Notes under the pieces: generated by a model
Seen by the model: the letters and a program-made list of their open reading frames with translations, nothing else
Told to the model about the DNA's origin: nothing
The model's database searches: none
Translations under genes and position numbers: made by a program
DNA from: Bdellovibrionales bacterium
GTDB lineage: Bacteria > Bdellovibrionota > Bdellovibrionia > Bdellovibrionales > JAGQZY01
Length of the DNA: 61,337 nucleotides
Direction of reading: 5' to 3'
NCBI GenBank assembly: GCA_031426555.1
Contig: JANPLN010000040.1
Location: 1-61,337, forward strand
Shown here: positions 47,260-57,660 of the stretch, in pieces
How the letters are laid out: the number at the start of each line of letters is the position of its first letter
Numbering within the stretch: position 1 is the stretch's first letter

Positions 47260-47589
47260 ATGCTCAGAGATGTCCTTATACAAAAAGGTTTGTCAAACCG
47301 TGAAGCCGAAGTTGCAGAACTGGTTTCTAAGGGTTTATCTAACAAGGAAGTTGCCAACCAGTTATTCGTCACTGAAAAAACTGTCAAGTTTCACCTTACA
47401 AACATTTACAAAAAAATGAGTGTAAAGTCGCGCGCGCAGCTTATCGTATGGTGCTTACCGCACATGAATTTCGTTGAGAGCATTAACAACGCCCAGCCAA
47501 ACACGCAGATTTCTGCGGGTGGAAATCAGACCTCCGAGATCGACACCATTCCCACAGGCAGTTCTCCTATTGCTGGCTACAAGGGTTAA
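47260..47589 (+). CDS. Stand-alone LuxR/GerE-type HTH regulator
   Basis: LSNREAEV...GLSNKEVA..LFVTEKTVKFHLTNIYKK; strong RBS. Confidence 0.92.
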   Translation: MLRDVLIQKGLSNREAEVAELVSKGLSNKEVANQLFVTEKTVKFHLTNIYKKMSVKSRAQLIVWCLPHMNFVESINNAQPNTQISAGGNQTSEIDTIPTGSSPIAGYKG

Positions 47590-47594
47590 GTTTC

Positions 47595-48071
47595 TTGTCT
47601 GGAGCACGCAAAGTCTCTGAGTCGCAAGTTGTGATGACAGAGCTCGTGCTCCCTTCTCATACAAATGCATTGGGTAGTATTTTTGGTGGCGTTGTGATGT
47701 CGTGGATCGACATCGCAGGTGCTATCTGCGCCCAACGGCATTCACGAAAACCAGTCGTCACGGCTCATATTGACGAGCTCCAGTTTGTTGCCCCCGTTTA
47801 TAAAGGATGGGTGGTAAATCTTAAAGCCAGTGTGAATTATGTAGGAACCACTTCGATAGAAGTGGGTGTGCGAGTGGATGCGGAAAATCCGCAAACAGGC
47901 GAGAGCTTTCATACAGCCTCGGCCTATCTTACATTTGTCGCGCTTGATCCGGATGGTAAACCCACCAAGGTAACGCCGGCTCAATTTGAGACTCCCGATG
48001 AGATTCGCCGTAACAAAGCTGCCATCCAAAGGCGAGACATTCGTTTGCATAAACGCCAAGTTATTAAGTAG
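47595..48071 (+). CDS. Acyl-CoA thioesterase (hotdog fold, YciA-like)
   Basis: PSHTNALGSIFGG..MSWID, VG.TS.EV, TFVALD. Confidence 0.92.
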   Translation: MSGARKVSESQVVMTELVLPSHTNALGSIFGGVVMSWIDIAGAICAQRHSRKPVVTAHIDELQFVAPVYKGWVVNLKASVNYVGTTSIEVGVRVDAENPQTGESFHTASAYLTFVALDPDGKPTKVTPAQFETPDEIRRNKAAIQRRDIRLHKRQVIK

Positions 48072-48082
48072 AATAGAAGATA

Positions 48083-49030
48083 ATGGTGGGACCTTTCTTA
48101 GGACGTCGTTTTTTAAACTGCAAAGGCTTTTCTTTAGCTGAACTGATGGTCGGTATGGGTGTTTCCATGATCATCTCTTTGATTGCAAGCTTTGCGTTTC
48201 TTATGGCCTTCGATATTTATGTCCGCACAATTCGCCAGTACGAAACTGAAATGGAAATGGCATCACTGATGTATGGAATCCGTTCTACGATGGTAACAGC
48301 CTCATACTTGAGCTATGGGGGGGTAGCAGGGTTGGCGAGCAATTTGGCAAATACACGTGGGAGTGGATCAAGGGTAGGGCATGGTGAGCTATTTACTTTG
48401 AATGATATCGATCCAATTGCCGGGTATACTGGGGGAATATATATCGTTGGACAGTTTGTTCGCGAGCGTAGTTTTTCCGATATTTCTGGTAGCCTAGAAG
48501 CGGTACAAATTAGCTATCAAAGACCCGACGTGGGCACGCATAGTTCTGGGGCCGTTTACATCGACACCGAACGCAACGTGGCTCCCGGTGGAGGTTGGGT
48601 GCGACTGAGTCCGGTAAACGCTCCACAAATGTACACTCGCCTGACAAATTTCGAGGTGAACAATGTAAAAGTCATTGATGCTCAGGGGCGGTCGGTGAAC
48701 AACACAATTACTACGGGGAACGTTTGTTTAAACGACGCAGGAGCTGCTTCGACATGCGTGGGTCAACAGGTTCTATCCGCCGAAATCAATATGACAATGC
48801 GCTATTTTGTAAGTGGTAGGGACACCACTTATCAGTGGTGTAACAAAAATAGATTTAGTGCCAACGGCGCTTGCGACGGCGCTTTTGACTCCCGCTATTT
48901 TGATATTGAACGAAAGATGACGGTGGTATTTTCGAATAACGCCCTTGAGCGAGACGAGTATCTTCCTCGTAGACCTTTTGGAAATGTTTATTTTTTCGCG
49001 CCTTGGTTACCGACTCAGAGGCGCCCATGA
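48083..49030 (+). CDS. Prepilin-type protein (minor pilin/pseudopilin)
   Basis: Class III signal KG-FSLAELMV with Glu at +5 and hydrophobic helix. Confidence 0.85.
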   Translation: MVGPFLGRRFLNCKGFSLAELMVGMGVSMIISLIASFAFLMAFDIYVRTIRQYETEMEMASLMYGIRSTMVTASYLSYGGVAGLASNLANTRGSGSRVGHGELFTLNDIDPIAGYTGGIYIVGQFVRERSFSDISGSLEAVQISYQRPDVGTHSSGAVYIDTERNVAPGGGWVRLSPVNAPQMYTRLTNFEVNNVKVIDAQGRSVNNTITTGNVCLNDAGAASTCVGQQVLSAEINMTMRYFVSGRDTTYQWCNKNRFSANGACDGAFDSRYFDIERKMTVVFSNNALERDEYLPRRPFGNVYFFAPWLPTQRRP

Positions 49031-49848
49031 GGTTGAATAATAGCCGAGGCGGACTCACGATTGTGATGCTGGTAATGCTGTCGTCGATTTTTATGGTCAT
49101 GATGGGAATCGCCGGAGTGAAGCTTTTAGAAGCGACAAAGCAGTTGAAGAAACACAACGAAGCGTACAATTATTTGCTAGTCATGGAAGAGCTTGGACAA
49201 TCTGTAGGCCGCGCGCGAAGCTTGGGGCGCGATGTCGATTGTCGCACGCCATATGTAGCAGGTATTACGGGTTGTCCCGCTGGCACCGTAAGACTGACTC
49301 AGAATACGCCAACGCCGACAACTGTTTGCTCGAGCGTTCTTGCTCGAAACCATTACACTCTTTGCGTGCCCGATCGAAACGGCAATGGAGTTGTAGATGC
49401 GGTTGAGTTTTGCGCACGCATCGACAGCTTCAATTATTGTTTGTCGGGTGGAACGTTCAATCAAAACCTTCAGCGGTTGGATTTAACAAACGAGTCCATA
49501 GCAGACTTAGGCCGACCACCTCCGTACGTGGAACTGGGCGGTGCAGCCACTCAACAGACAAATGGTGGAGTTCTTCAGCCGCGAAATAATAGTGAGAGCT
49601 GGAGCCCGGACGCAGTGTGGCCGAACAACAACGAAATATTCACGACGGACTGCCAAGGTTATACCGGCGCTAACAACAGTCGCTACTGGGTTGGTTGTAA
49701 TTACTGCGCTGACCCCCGCCATGACTGCTGGATGATGAGAATGTGTCCAAGATCCACTGCCATTCCCGCGGCAGGAGCATGCGCTGGAGGCAATGCGCCA
49801 GCGCTCCAACGAATCGTAATCTACTTTGAAAACAATCGACCCACCTAG
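49027..49848 (+). CDS. Pilin-like (PilX/GspK-type N-terminus) Cys-rich protein
   Basis: NSRG-GLTIVMLVML helix lacking Glu5; 4-nt overlap with the previous gene. Confidence 0.65.
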   Translation: MRLNNSRGGLTIVMLVMLSSIFMVMMGIAGVKLLEATKQLKKHNEAYNYLLVMEELGQSVGRARSLGRDVDCRTPYVAGITGCPAGTVRLTQNTPTPTTVCSSVLARNHYTLCVPDRNGNGVVDAVEFCARIDSFNYCLSGGTFNQNLQRLDLTNESIADLGRPPPYVELGGAATQQTNGGVLQPRNNSESWSPDAVWPNNNEIFTTDCQGYTGANNSRYWVGCNYCADPRHDCWMMRMCPRSTAIPAAGACAGGNAPALQRIVIYFENNRPT

Positions 49849-49873
49849 GTCCTTCGCTGCGCTCAGGATGACA
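49848..49873. repeat. REP-like imperfect hairpin between convergent genes
   Basis: GGTCCTTCGCTGCGCTCAGGATGACA. Confidence 0.5.
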
Positions 49874-49877
49874 GGGT

Positions 49878-50618
49878 TTACTGTTTTAACACCATGTCTT
49901 TAACAAGTTTGCGGTGAGATCGCGAGACCTGAAGTTTTTGGCCGTTAGTCATCACCGCATGCATGTTGTCGCCTTCGATCACTTCTTTGATGCAATTTAA
50001 ATTCAAAATCGCATTGCGATGGACCTGTTGGAACATGGCGGGATTTAGCTTTGTGATGATGTCTTTGAGGGGTTCGTTGTGAATATATTCGAAGCTGTCC
50101 GTGCAAATATAGGTGTAGTGGTTTTCGCTGCGGAAATAGAGCACTTTATCTACGTCTATCAATGTATTTTTTGTGCCACGTTTTACAACCACCTTGCTCA
50201 GGTAAATATTCTTTTCCGAAAACGATTCGCGCAAATGATCTAAATCCTGAACAATCTGATTGGAGGATTTTTTCATGCACTTTTCAAGAGCTTGATTAAA
50301 ACGATCTTGATTGAACGGTTTTAATAAATAATCAATGGCGTTCTTTTCGAAAGCTTGCACGGCGTATTCACTGTAAGCGGTCTGGAAAACAAGATGGAAG
50401 GACGGGCGAGGGAGAGAATGGATGAGATCCATGCCATTCATTTCGGGCATTTCGATATCCAAAAAAACGATATCAGGATTGTCTTGTTCGATCATATTTA
50501 AAGCCTGCAATCCGTTTTCGGCTTCGGTGATTTGAAACTGCGGTCCGCGCTCTTCGAGGAAACGACGGATTTTTTTGCGACTTAAGTTTTCGTCATCCAC
50601 AATCAATACTTTATTCAT
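49878..50618 (-). CDS. LytTR-family response regulator
   Basis: Receiver (IVDDE, FLDIEMP, YLLKP) + LytTR domain (QVHRNAI, VSRS). Confidence 0.93.
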   Translation of the reverse strand: MNKVLIVDDENLSRKKIRRFLEERGPQFQITEAENGLQALNMIEQDNPDIVFLDIEMPEMNGMDLIHSLPRPSFHLVFQTAYSEYAVQAFEKNAIDYLLKPFNQDRFNQALEKCMKKSSNQIVQDLDHLRESFSEKNIYLSKVVVKRGTKNTLIDVDKVLYFRSENHYTYICTDSFEYIHNEPLKDIITKLNPAMFQQVHRNAILNLNCIKEVIEGDNMHAVMTNGQKLQVSRSHRKLVKDMVLKQ

Positions 50619-50647
50619 GGTTTTCTCCTTGGCCACGTGGCCATAAT

Positions 50648-51727
50648 CTAGCTCCGCTTTTTGCCTTCGCCCTCCGGCTCGGCCGGCACCTTAAATTCAA
50701 CATACGTCTTTTTATCGTCGGAGTGAATCCTGAACCCGTGTGAACGGCCGTAAAACAGATCCAGACGGTCTTTGGTATTTTGCAACCCCGTACCACCCGT
50801 GCTCTTTTTACCACCATCTTTGTAAAGTTCGCCGGTGTTAGACACACAAATTTCGTACATGGGCCCTCGCTTATCAAAAACCGAATCTGCGTTGGGAGTC
50901 ACGGTGAGCTCGATGTCTCCGCCTCCTTGCCGAGGGGAGATTCCATGTTTAATGGCGTTTTCCACAAGCGTTTGCAAAATTAAACTCGGTACAGAAATAT
51001 CATAGTACTCCGCACCCACGTCGCATTTAAAACGGATGCGATCGCCAAATCGAATTTTTTGAATCTGAATATATTTCTTAAGGATCGAAATTTCCGAACC
51101 TAAATTGGAAAACTTTTGTTTGGAGTTGGTGAGAATTTCTCGGTACAAATCGGCCAACTGCTGAGTGACTGAGCAAGCGAGGTCCGGATCCACATAGATC
51201 AACTCCGAGAGTACATTGAGGGAATTAAACAAAAAATGCGGCTGCATCTGCGTTTCGAGAAGATTGTACTGCGCCTCGGCCTGGGCAAGCTTTGATTGAA
51301 TGGCCACTTCCTTGGCTTGCCGAAGTTCAAAAATAATTCGCGCAATGGCCGCCGCCGGAAACGAAATCCCCAAAATCAAAAGCAAGTGATTGGGATCGTA
51401 GTTTTGTCGCAAGAGAGGTTTAGAAATATAGTAAAACTGAATACTCGCTGCGCAAAATATAGCCACAATTAATTTAACAAATTCGAAAAAGAATTTCAGC
51501 CCGCGCATGCGGAACTGTATGCCGAGCTTGTTGCCTAAAAAATCAAAAAACTGGTAGAAAAAATACGAACACACAACATTGAAGGCCATGCTGATGAGTG
51601 AAATGGCGGAAAACAACTGCCCGTAAGCCAACAGTCGGCTGGACAAAAGCACCACCAGGGACACCAGTCCCGAAATCATCAGTATCCACATTTGATTGCG
51701 GTTTTGCTTATGCGCTAAATCTTCCAC
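50648..51727 (-). CDS. LytS/YpdA-type sensor histidine kinase
   Basis: TM helices, QMQPHFLFNSLN, LVENAIKHG, GTGL.N; GAGGAG before GTG 51727. Confidence 0.92.
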   Translation of the reverse strand: MEDLAHKQNRNQMWILMISGLVSLVVLLSSRLLAYGQLFSAISLISMAFNVVCSYFFYQFFDFLGNKLGIQFRMRGLKFFFEFVKLIVAIFCAASIQFYYISKPLLRQNYDPNHLLLILGISFPAAAIARIIFELRQAKEVAIQSKLAQAEAQYNLLETQMQPHFLFNSLNVLSELIYVDPDLACSVTQQLADLYREILTNSKQKFSNLGSEISILKKYIQIQKIRFGDRIRFKCDVGAEYYDISVPSLILQTLVENAIKHGISPRQGGGDIELTVTPNADSVFDKRGPMYEICVSNTGELYKDGGKKSTGGTGLQNTKDRLDLFYGRSHGFRIHSDDKKTYVEFKVPAEPEGEGKKRS

Positions 51728-51807
51728 GGCGGCTCCTCGATGAGAACTTACCACTATCGTCCATCGGAAGCCAAATAGAGAGGGAAGAGTGCGTGAATGG
51801 CTTTTTT

Positions 51808-53175
51808 TTAGTACTGAATGTACTTTCGCCATTTAAAGATAAGGCTAGGAATAATCTGCACTTGGCAGCTAATGCCCGAGGGGCTTTCCTCTTGCACCAG
51901 ATTCTGGGCATCGTGCGTGAGCTCAAAAATTCGACCCTTTTCCTGGGAAGGAATAAATAAGTCGATCTTTACTGCCAGTTGTTCGATGGCCCGTTTCATC
52001 ATGGTCTTTAGCTGCTCAAGGCCATCGCCGGTATGCGCGCTCACAAAAACGCGATTTTCACCGCGAGCGTGGAAGCGCTTTTGAAAGGGTGCAATGTCGA
52101 TTTTATTGTAAGCGTGGATGATGGGTTTTTCCGACCAGTTGAACTGCCGAATCAACTCATTCACAACTTCCACCTGGGTTTCCAATTGTGGATTGGAAAG
52201 ATCGATCACATGAATCAAAATATCTGCATTGGCAGTTTCTTCGAAGGTGGCTTTGAAAGCCTCGATCAAGTGATGCGGTAAACGACGAATAAAACCCACA
52301 GTGTCCGTGATGAGTGCGGTTTGATTTGTCGTTGGGTTATCTGATTGATTATCTGACAGATGCACTTTTCGCGTGGTGGGATCGAGCGTGGCAAAGAGCA
52401 AATTTTGCGAAAACACGTTGGATTTTGTAAGACTATTTAGCAGACAGCTCTTGCCCGAGTTGGTGTAGCCGATCAGCGCAAAGGTGGGAACTTTGTTTTT
52501 CTTTCGGGCGGCACGGCGCTGCTCACGCTGAGCGCGCACGGATTCCAACTTCTTTTTAATTTGTACTATTTGTTTCCGAATATGACGGCGATCCATCTCG
52601 ATGGCTTTTTCACCCAGACCGCGGGTTCCAATTCCGCCCCCCTGACGTGACAGGGAGCCCATCCAGGCATCCACCATGCGCGGGAGGGTGTCGAGATTGC
52701 GAGCGAGTTCCACTTGCAATTTACCTTCGTAGGTTTGCGCGCGAGCGGCAAAAATTTCTAAGATCACTTGGTTGCGATCGAGAACTTTTGCATTCCATTC
52801 TTTTTCCAGGTTTCGAGTTTGCACACCCGAGAGTTGATGATCCACCAGGATCACGTGCGCGTGGCCTTCGCGGGCCATGTCGCCAATCTCCGTAACCTTC
52901 CCTTTTCCGAGAAGTGTGGCGGGATTGTATTTTTCCATAAATTGAGTTGCAGAGCCCACCAACGTATACCCAGAGGTGATTGCCAGTTCCTCAAGCTCAA
53001 GGAGACTTTCTTTCACTTCCTGCATATTTTCAGACTTGAGCCCCACGCCAATGACGAGAGCTCGAGGAGCGGTGCTACGATTTGCTATTGAACCCCTCCA
53101 TGAAGGCTTGCGCTTGAAGGGCGGTGAGTACGGCCGTGTTATAAATGTCGTCGACAATTCCAGTTCGTTGGACAA
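51808..53175 (-). CDS. hflX: GTPase HflX (start codon uncertain)
   Basis: GKGK, RA.T.EGKLQVELA, GYTNSGKS, LFATLD, DTVGF, NKID. Confidence 0.95.
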   Translation of the reverse strand: MSNELELSTTFITRPYSPPFKRKPSWRGSIANRSTAPRALVIGVGLKSENMQEVKESLLELEELAITSGYTLVGSATQFMEKYNPATLLGKGKVTEIGDMAREGHAHVILVDHQLSGVQTRNLEKEWNAKVLDRNQVILEIFAARAQTYEGKLQVELARNLDTLPRMVDAWMGSLSRQGGGIGTRGLGEKAIEMDRRHIRKQIVQIKKKLESVRAQREQRRAARKKNKVPTFALIGYTNSGKSCLLNSLTKSNVFSQNLLFATLDPTTRKVHLSDNQSDNPTTNQTALITDTVGFIRRLPHHLIEAFKATFEETANADILIHVIDLSNPQLETQVEVVNELIRQFNWSEKPIIHAYNKIDIAPFQKRFHARGENRVFVSAHTGDGLEQLKTMMKRAIEQLAVKIDLFIPSQEKGRIFELTHDAQNLVQEESPSGISCQVQIIPSLIFKWRKYIQY

Positions 53176-55366
53176 CGTGGGCTGGTTTGTTCACACCAAT
53201 TAAAAATGGTCCGATCACTTCACCTCCGCCTAACTGCTGTAAAAGCTTGTAGGCAATGTTCCCGGCATCTAAATTAGGGAACATTAATATGTTAGCACCA
53301 TCTTTGATTTCGCAAAAGGGGAAAATACTATCCACCACGCGGGAGCTCACCGCGGTGTCGGCCTGCATTTCGCCATCCACGATGTATTCCGGGTGCTGTG
53401 TCTTAACGAGACGGGCGGCCTCTGCCATTTTTGCCGGCGATCCTTCGCGAGCGGTAAAATTGGTGTAACTGAGCATGGCGATTTTGGGCTTAATCCCGAA
53501 GTACTCAGCCACTTTGGCTGTGTAGATAGCGATATTGGCGATCTGCTGAGCCGTGGGGTTTTCGATCACCGCGGTATCGGCCAAGAAGTACATTTTGTCT
53601 CGGATCAAGACGATATTCAAGCCAGCAGCGGTTTTGCGGCGACCTGGACCAATGGTCTGAAGAATTGGTTTCACTCCCGCTTTGTACTTTATAGTGGAGC
53701 CAGTGATCATCGCATCCACATCGCCCATTTTTAAAGCCATGGCGGCAAAATAATTGGGATCGCGAAGCAACTGCTGCGCTTCACGAAGCATCACACCTTT
53801 GCGTTGTCGGGATTCGTAAAGATTCTGAACATATTTTTCGAGGTTGGCGGAAGGCGCTAAGTGATCGATGATTTGCACACTATTGATGTGGTCTAAGCCT
53901 AAATCTTGTCCCAGTTTTCGAATTCTTTCGGTGTGGCCCACAAGGATGGGCACGGCAAAGGCTTCTTCGCAAATATGATTAATAGCTCGCAAAACTTTGC
54001 CGCTTTCGCCTTCGGGAAAAATGATCTTCACCAGGCGCTTATGTTTGGTATTTTGCTGTTTCACCCGATTGATGATGGAGCGAACAAAACTCACCTTCGT
54101 GCCTTGCAGGGCTTCAAGCTCGTAAACGTAGTCTGCCAAAACGCGAATCGGTTTTTGTGCCACTCCGGAGTCCATGGCGGCTTTTGCTACGGCGGGAGCC
54201 ACGGTCATTAATACGCGGGGATCAAATGGTTTTGGAATAATATATTCGGGTCCATAACTAAAATCTTGCCCGCCGTAGGCTTGGGAGACGGACTCTGGAA
54301 CATCCTCGCGCGCCAGTTTTGCCAGCGCGTGCACGGCCGCCAACTTCATCTCTTCGTTGATTTGAGTGGCACGCACATCAAGGGCGCCGCGAAAGATGGA
54401 CGGGAATCCAAGCACGTTGTTCACCTGATTGGGATAATCACTGCGACCTGTTGCCATGATCACATCAGGGCGCGCTTTTTTCGCATCTGGTGGAGTGATT
54501 TCGGGATCGGGATTGGCCATTGCAAAAACGATAGGTCGATCGGCCATGACTTTGAGCATGTCACCATTCACAGCGCCTGCAGCACTCAGTCCAATAAACA
54601 CATCGCAGCCGTTCATCGCATCGCCAAGCGAGCGCGCCTTAGTATCGTTGGCGAATTCGGCCTTAAAGGGATTCATCCCGGCTGTGCGGCCCTTGTAGAT
54701 CACACCTTGCGAGTCGCACATGATGATGTTTTCCAACTTCACGCCGAGGCTTACAAACAAGCGGCCACAGGCCACCGCCGCGGCTCCTGCGCCGTTGATC
54801 ACCATTTTTATTTTTTTTAAATCGCGCTTGGTAATATCGCATGCATTGATCAGCGCGGCTCCTGAAATGATCGCCGTTCCATGCTGGTCGTCGTGAAACA
54901 CGGGAATTTTCATCTCTTGCTTAAGACGAGTTTCGATTTCAAAACACTCAGGGGCTTTAATGTCTTCGAGATTGATTCCACCAAACGTGGGCTCGAGGGC
55001 TTTGACAGCTTGGATAAATTCTTCCGTGGTTTTACACTTCATTTCGATGTCAAAAACGTTGATGCCAGCGAACTGCTTAAAAAGATTTCCTTTGCCTTCC
55101 ATCACGGGCTTTGAAGCTTCGGGGCCGATGTTGCCTAAACCTAAAACCGCCGTGCCGTTACTGATCACCGCCACCAAATTACCTTTGGCAGTGTAATCGT
55201 AAACTTTCATCACGTCTTTGGCGATTTCCTTGCAAGGGGCGGCCACTCCAGGCGAGTAGGCAAGAGAGAGCTCGTAGTCCGTGGAGCAAGGTTTTGAGGA
55301 TCGAACGTCCACTTTTCCTGCAGGTGTGCGGCTATGGTAGAGCAGAGCTTCTTGATCGAGATTCAT
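53075..55366 (-). CDS. maeB: NADP-dependent malic enzyme with phosphotransacetylase-like domain
   Basis: LSLAYSPGVA, FHDDQHGTA, TGRSDYPNQVNN; C-terminal DGEMQAD, FPNLDAGNI. Confidence 0.96.
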   Translation of the reverse strand: MNLDQEALLYHSRTPAGKVDVRSSKPCSTDYELSLAYSPGVAAPCKEIAKDVMKVYDYTAKGNLVAVISNGTAVLGLGNIGPEASKPVMEGKGNLFKQFAGINVFDIEMKCKTTEEFIQAVKALEPTFGGINLEDIKAPECFEIETRLKQEMKIPVFHDDQHGTAIISGAALINACDITKRDLKKIKMVINGAGAAAVACGRLFVSLGVKLENIIMCDSQGVIYKGRTAGMNPFKAEFANDTKARSLGDAMNGCDVFIGLSAAGAVNGDMLKVMADRPIVFAMANPDPEITPPDAKKARPDVIMATGRSDYPNQVNNVLGFPSIFRGALDVRATQINEEMKLAAVHALAKLAREDVPESVSQAYGGQDFSYGPEYIIPKPFDPRVLMTVAPAVAKAAMDSGVAQKPIRVLADYVYELEALQGTKVSFVRSIINRVKQQNTKHKRLVKIIFPEGESGKVLRAINHICEEAFAVPILVGHTERIRKLGQDLGLDHINSVQIIDHLAPSANLEKYVQNLYESRQRKGVMLREAQQLLRDPNYFAAMALKMGDVDAMITGSTIKYKAGVKPILQTIGPGRRKTAAGLNIVLIRDKMYFLADTAVIENPTAQQIANIAIYTAKVAEYFGIKPKIAMLSYTNFTAREGSPAKMAEAARLVKTQHPEYIVDGEMQADTAVSSRVVDSIFPFCEIKDGANILMFPNLDAGNIAYKLLQQLGGGEVIGPFLIGVNKPAHVVQRTGIVDDIYNTAVLTALQAQAFMEGFNSKS

Positions 55367-55548
55367 GTAAAATCCTTGGGTTGAAATGCGAGCTTCTAAA
55401 ATAATTTTTTGATCTCTGAGAGTCAAACATAGCGGGCTGAGAGGGAGGAGAATTGAGAGAATAATAACGCAACGCTATATCACGTCTGCCATTTGTTGTT
55501 GTTTTTTTCACCCAAAGATCAGATGTATGGCTCAACCGAGGGAGTTTT

Positions 55549-56271
55549 ATGACACAACTGTTTTCATTTATTTTAATTGTTTTTGCTTTTGCGACTGGCT
55601 TTGGGACGGCCTTTGGGCAAACCCAGGAGTTCAGTGCGACGCAAGTGAAATCTGTAAAGATCGAAAATCAAACGGGAGATGTTGATGTTTCCGCAGCGGC
55701 AGGAGCTGCGATGGTGACCGTGAACTTGTTAAAGAAGCATGACGATTGCGAACAAACTGTGCAATTGAACGGATCAGAGCTCTTGGTAAAGATCACAAAA
55801 AAATCAGGTTATTTTAAGGACTGTTCTGCGAATTTAAAAATTCAAATTCCCGCAAAAGTTGATGTGGCCATCGCAAACGGAGTGGGCGATTTAAAAATCA
55901 CTGGTGTTGAGGGTGCCGTTCGCTACGACCTCGGCGTAGGCGATGTATCGATTGACGGTACAGTTACAAAACTTACGGGCAACTTAGGAACAGGTGATCT
56001 GAAGGCTTCAGGGCTCACGGGCTCTGCGGAGTTGAATTCCGGAGTTGGTGATTTTAGCGTGGCCTACAAAGAGGCCCCAAAAACTGGTTTGGTGAGTTTG
56101 CAAGTGGGCACGGGCGACGCTGTTGTTTTACTTCCAAAAGACACAAAATTCACGACGAGCTTTCAAACAGCCGTCGGTGAACTCAAAAACGAACTGGCAG
56201 TGACGAAAGAAGCAAAATTTAAAGTGTCACTTCAAACTGCGGCCGGCGATATGGCCATCAAGAAATTTTAG
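55549..56271 (+). CDS. DUF4097/adhesin-like beta-strand repeat secreted protein
   Basis: Signal peptide and repeated G[VT]GD[LV].I motifs. Confidence 0.8.
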   Translation: MTQLFSFILIVFAFATGFGTAFGQTQEFSATQVKSVKIENQTGDVDVSAAAGAAMVTVNLLKKHDDCEQTVQLNGSELLVKITKKSGYFKDCSANLKIQIPAKVDVAIANGVGDLKITGVEGAVRYDLGVGDVSIDGTVTKLTGNLGTGDLKASGLTGSAELNSGVGDFSVAYKEAPKTGLVSLQVGTGDAVVLLPKDTKFTTSFQTAVGELKNELAVTKEAKFKVSLQTAAGDMAIKKF

Positions 56272-56283
56272 CCGCTAAATAGA

Positions 56284-57660
56284 TTAGCGGCTTTGCGAGG
56301 GGCCTTTGCTGCTTCCGCTGCTATTTCCGCGTTTCCAAAATGGACGGCGCGATTTTTTTTGCCCGTCGCCTTGGCCTCCGCCAGAACCATAGCCACCTTG
56401 CGAGCGACCAGAACCTTGGCGGGGGCGACGAGAATCATTACGAGGTCCGCGATCTTCATTCGAGCGCGCTTCGATCTGCGCTTTCGCTTTGCCTTTTGAC
56501 AAAGTAAACGCCATCTCCACTTCCCGAGAATGGTATGGGTGATCGGGATTTACGGGGATGCTCTGACCAATCAGCTTTTCGATGTCTTTCACGTAAGCTT
56601 TTTCCTCGTGATCACAAAACGAAATGGCCTTGCCGCTGGCGCCGGCACGGGCCGTACGACCAATGCGATGCACGTAGCTTTCAGAAACATTGGGAAGCTC
56701 AAAGTTGATTACATGGGAGATGTCATCGATGTCGATTCCACGGGCGGCGATGTCCGTGGCAACAAGCACACGAACAAGGCCGTTTCTAAAATCTTCTAAA
56801 GCTTTTTGGCGTGCGGATTGAGATTTATTGCCGTGAATCGCGGCCGAGCGAATGTTGTTTTTGACTAAAACCTCAACCACTTTATTGGCACCGTGTTTGG
56901 TGCGCGTAAATACGATAACCTTGTTGAGCGCTTTGTCTTGCAGCACATGCCGCAAAAGATCGCGTTTTTTACTTTTATCCACATACAAAATCGATTGCGA
57001 AATTTTTTCGGCGGTGGAGGACACAGGTGTGACTTCCACTTTCACTGGATTTGAAAGCAGCGACTGGGAAAGCTGCAAAATATCCTTGGGCATGGTGGCA
57101 GAGAAAAACAAATTGTGGCGCTTTGGCGGAAGCAGCTTTATCACTTTGCGGATGTCGTTGATAAAACCCATGTCCAACATGCGATCGGCTTCGTCCAGAA
57201 CAAAAACTTCAAGCTCACTCAGGCGGATATGCCGCTGGTTGATCAAGTCGAGCAAACGGCCCGGCGTAGCGACGAGCACGTCCACGCCTTGCGACAACGC
57301 ATTCACCTGCGGGCTTTGGCCAACGCCACCAAAAACCACAGCGTATTTAAAACGCAAATATTTGCCGTAGGTGTTAAAGCTTTCGTGAATTTGAATGGCC
57401 AGTTCGCGCGTGGGAGTGAGAATCAGGATGCGCGCTTGTTTTGGATTGGCGCGACGGGGATTGTTGAGAAGATTTTGTAAAAGCGGTAAAGCAAAAGCGG
57501 CTGTTTTGCCGGTGCCGGTTTGCGCACAGCCCAACAAATCTTTTCCTTCGAGCAAAAAAGGAATGGCTTGTTGCTGAATCGGCGTTGGCAGAGTGTAACC
57601 TGTTTCGGCGATGGCTTTTTTAATTTCGGACTGGAATGGGAACTGATCAAATGTTTGCAT
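56284..57660 (-). CDS. rhlE: DEAD-box RNA helicase, RhlE-like
   Basis: Q motif, AQTGTGKT, PTRELA, DEAD, SAT, HRIGRTAR; Arg/Gly-rich tail. Confidence 0.92.
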   Translation of the reverse strand: MQTFDQFPFQSEIKKAIAETGYTLPTPIQQQAIPFLLEGKDLLGCAQTGTGKTAAFALPLLQNLLNNPRRANPKQARILILTPTRELAIQIHESFNTYGKYLRFKYAVVFGGVGQSPQVNALSQGVDVLVATPGRLLDLINQRHIRLSELEVFVLDEADRMLDMGFINDIRKVIKLLPPKRHNLFFSATMPKDILQLSQSLLSNPVKVEVTPVSSTAEKISQSILYVDKSKKRDLLRHVLQDKALNKVIVFTRTKHGANKVVEVLVKNNIRSAAIHGNKSQSARQKALEDFRNGLVRVLVATDIAARGIDIDDISHVINFELPNVSESYVHRIGRTARAGASGKAISFCDHEEKAYVKDIEKLIGQSIPVNPDHPYHSREVEMAFTLSKGKAKAQIEARSNEDRGPRNDSRRPRQGSGRSQGGYGSGGGQGDGQKKSRRPFWKRGNSSGSSKGPSQSR

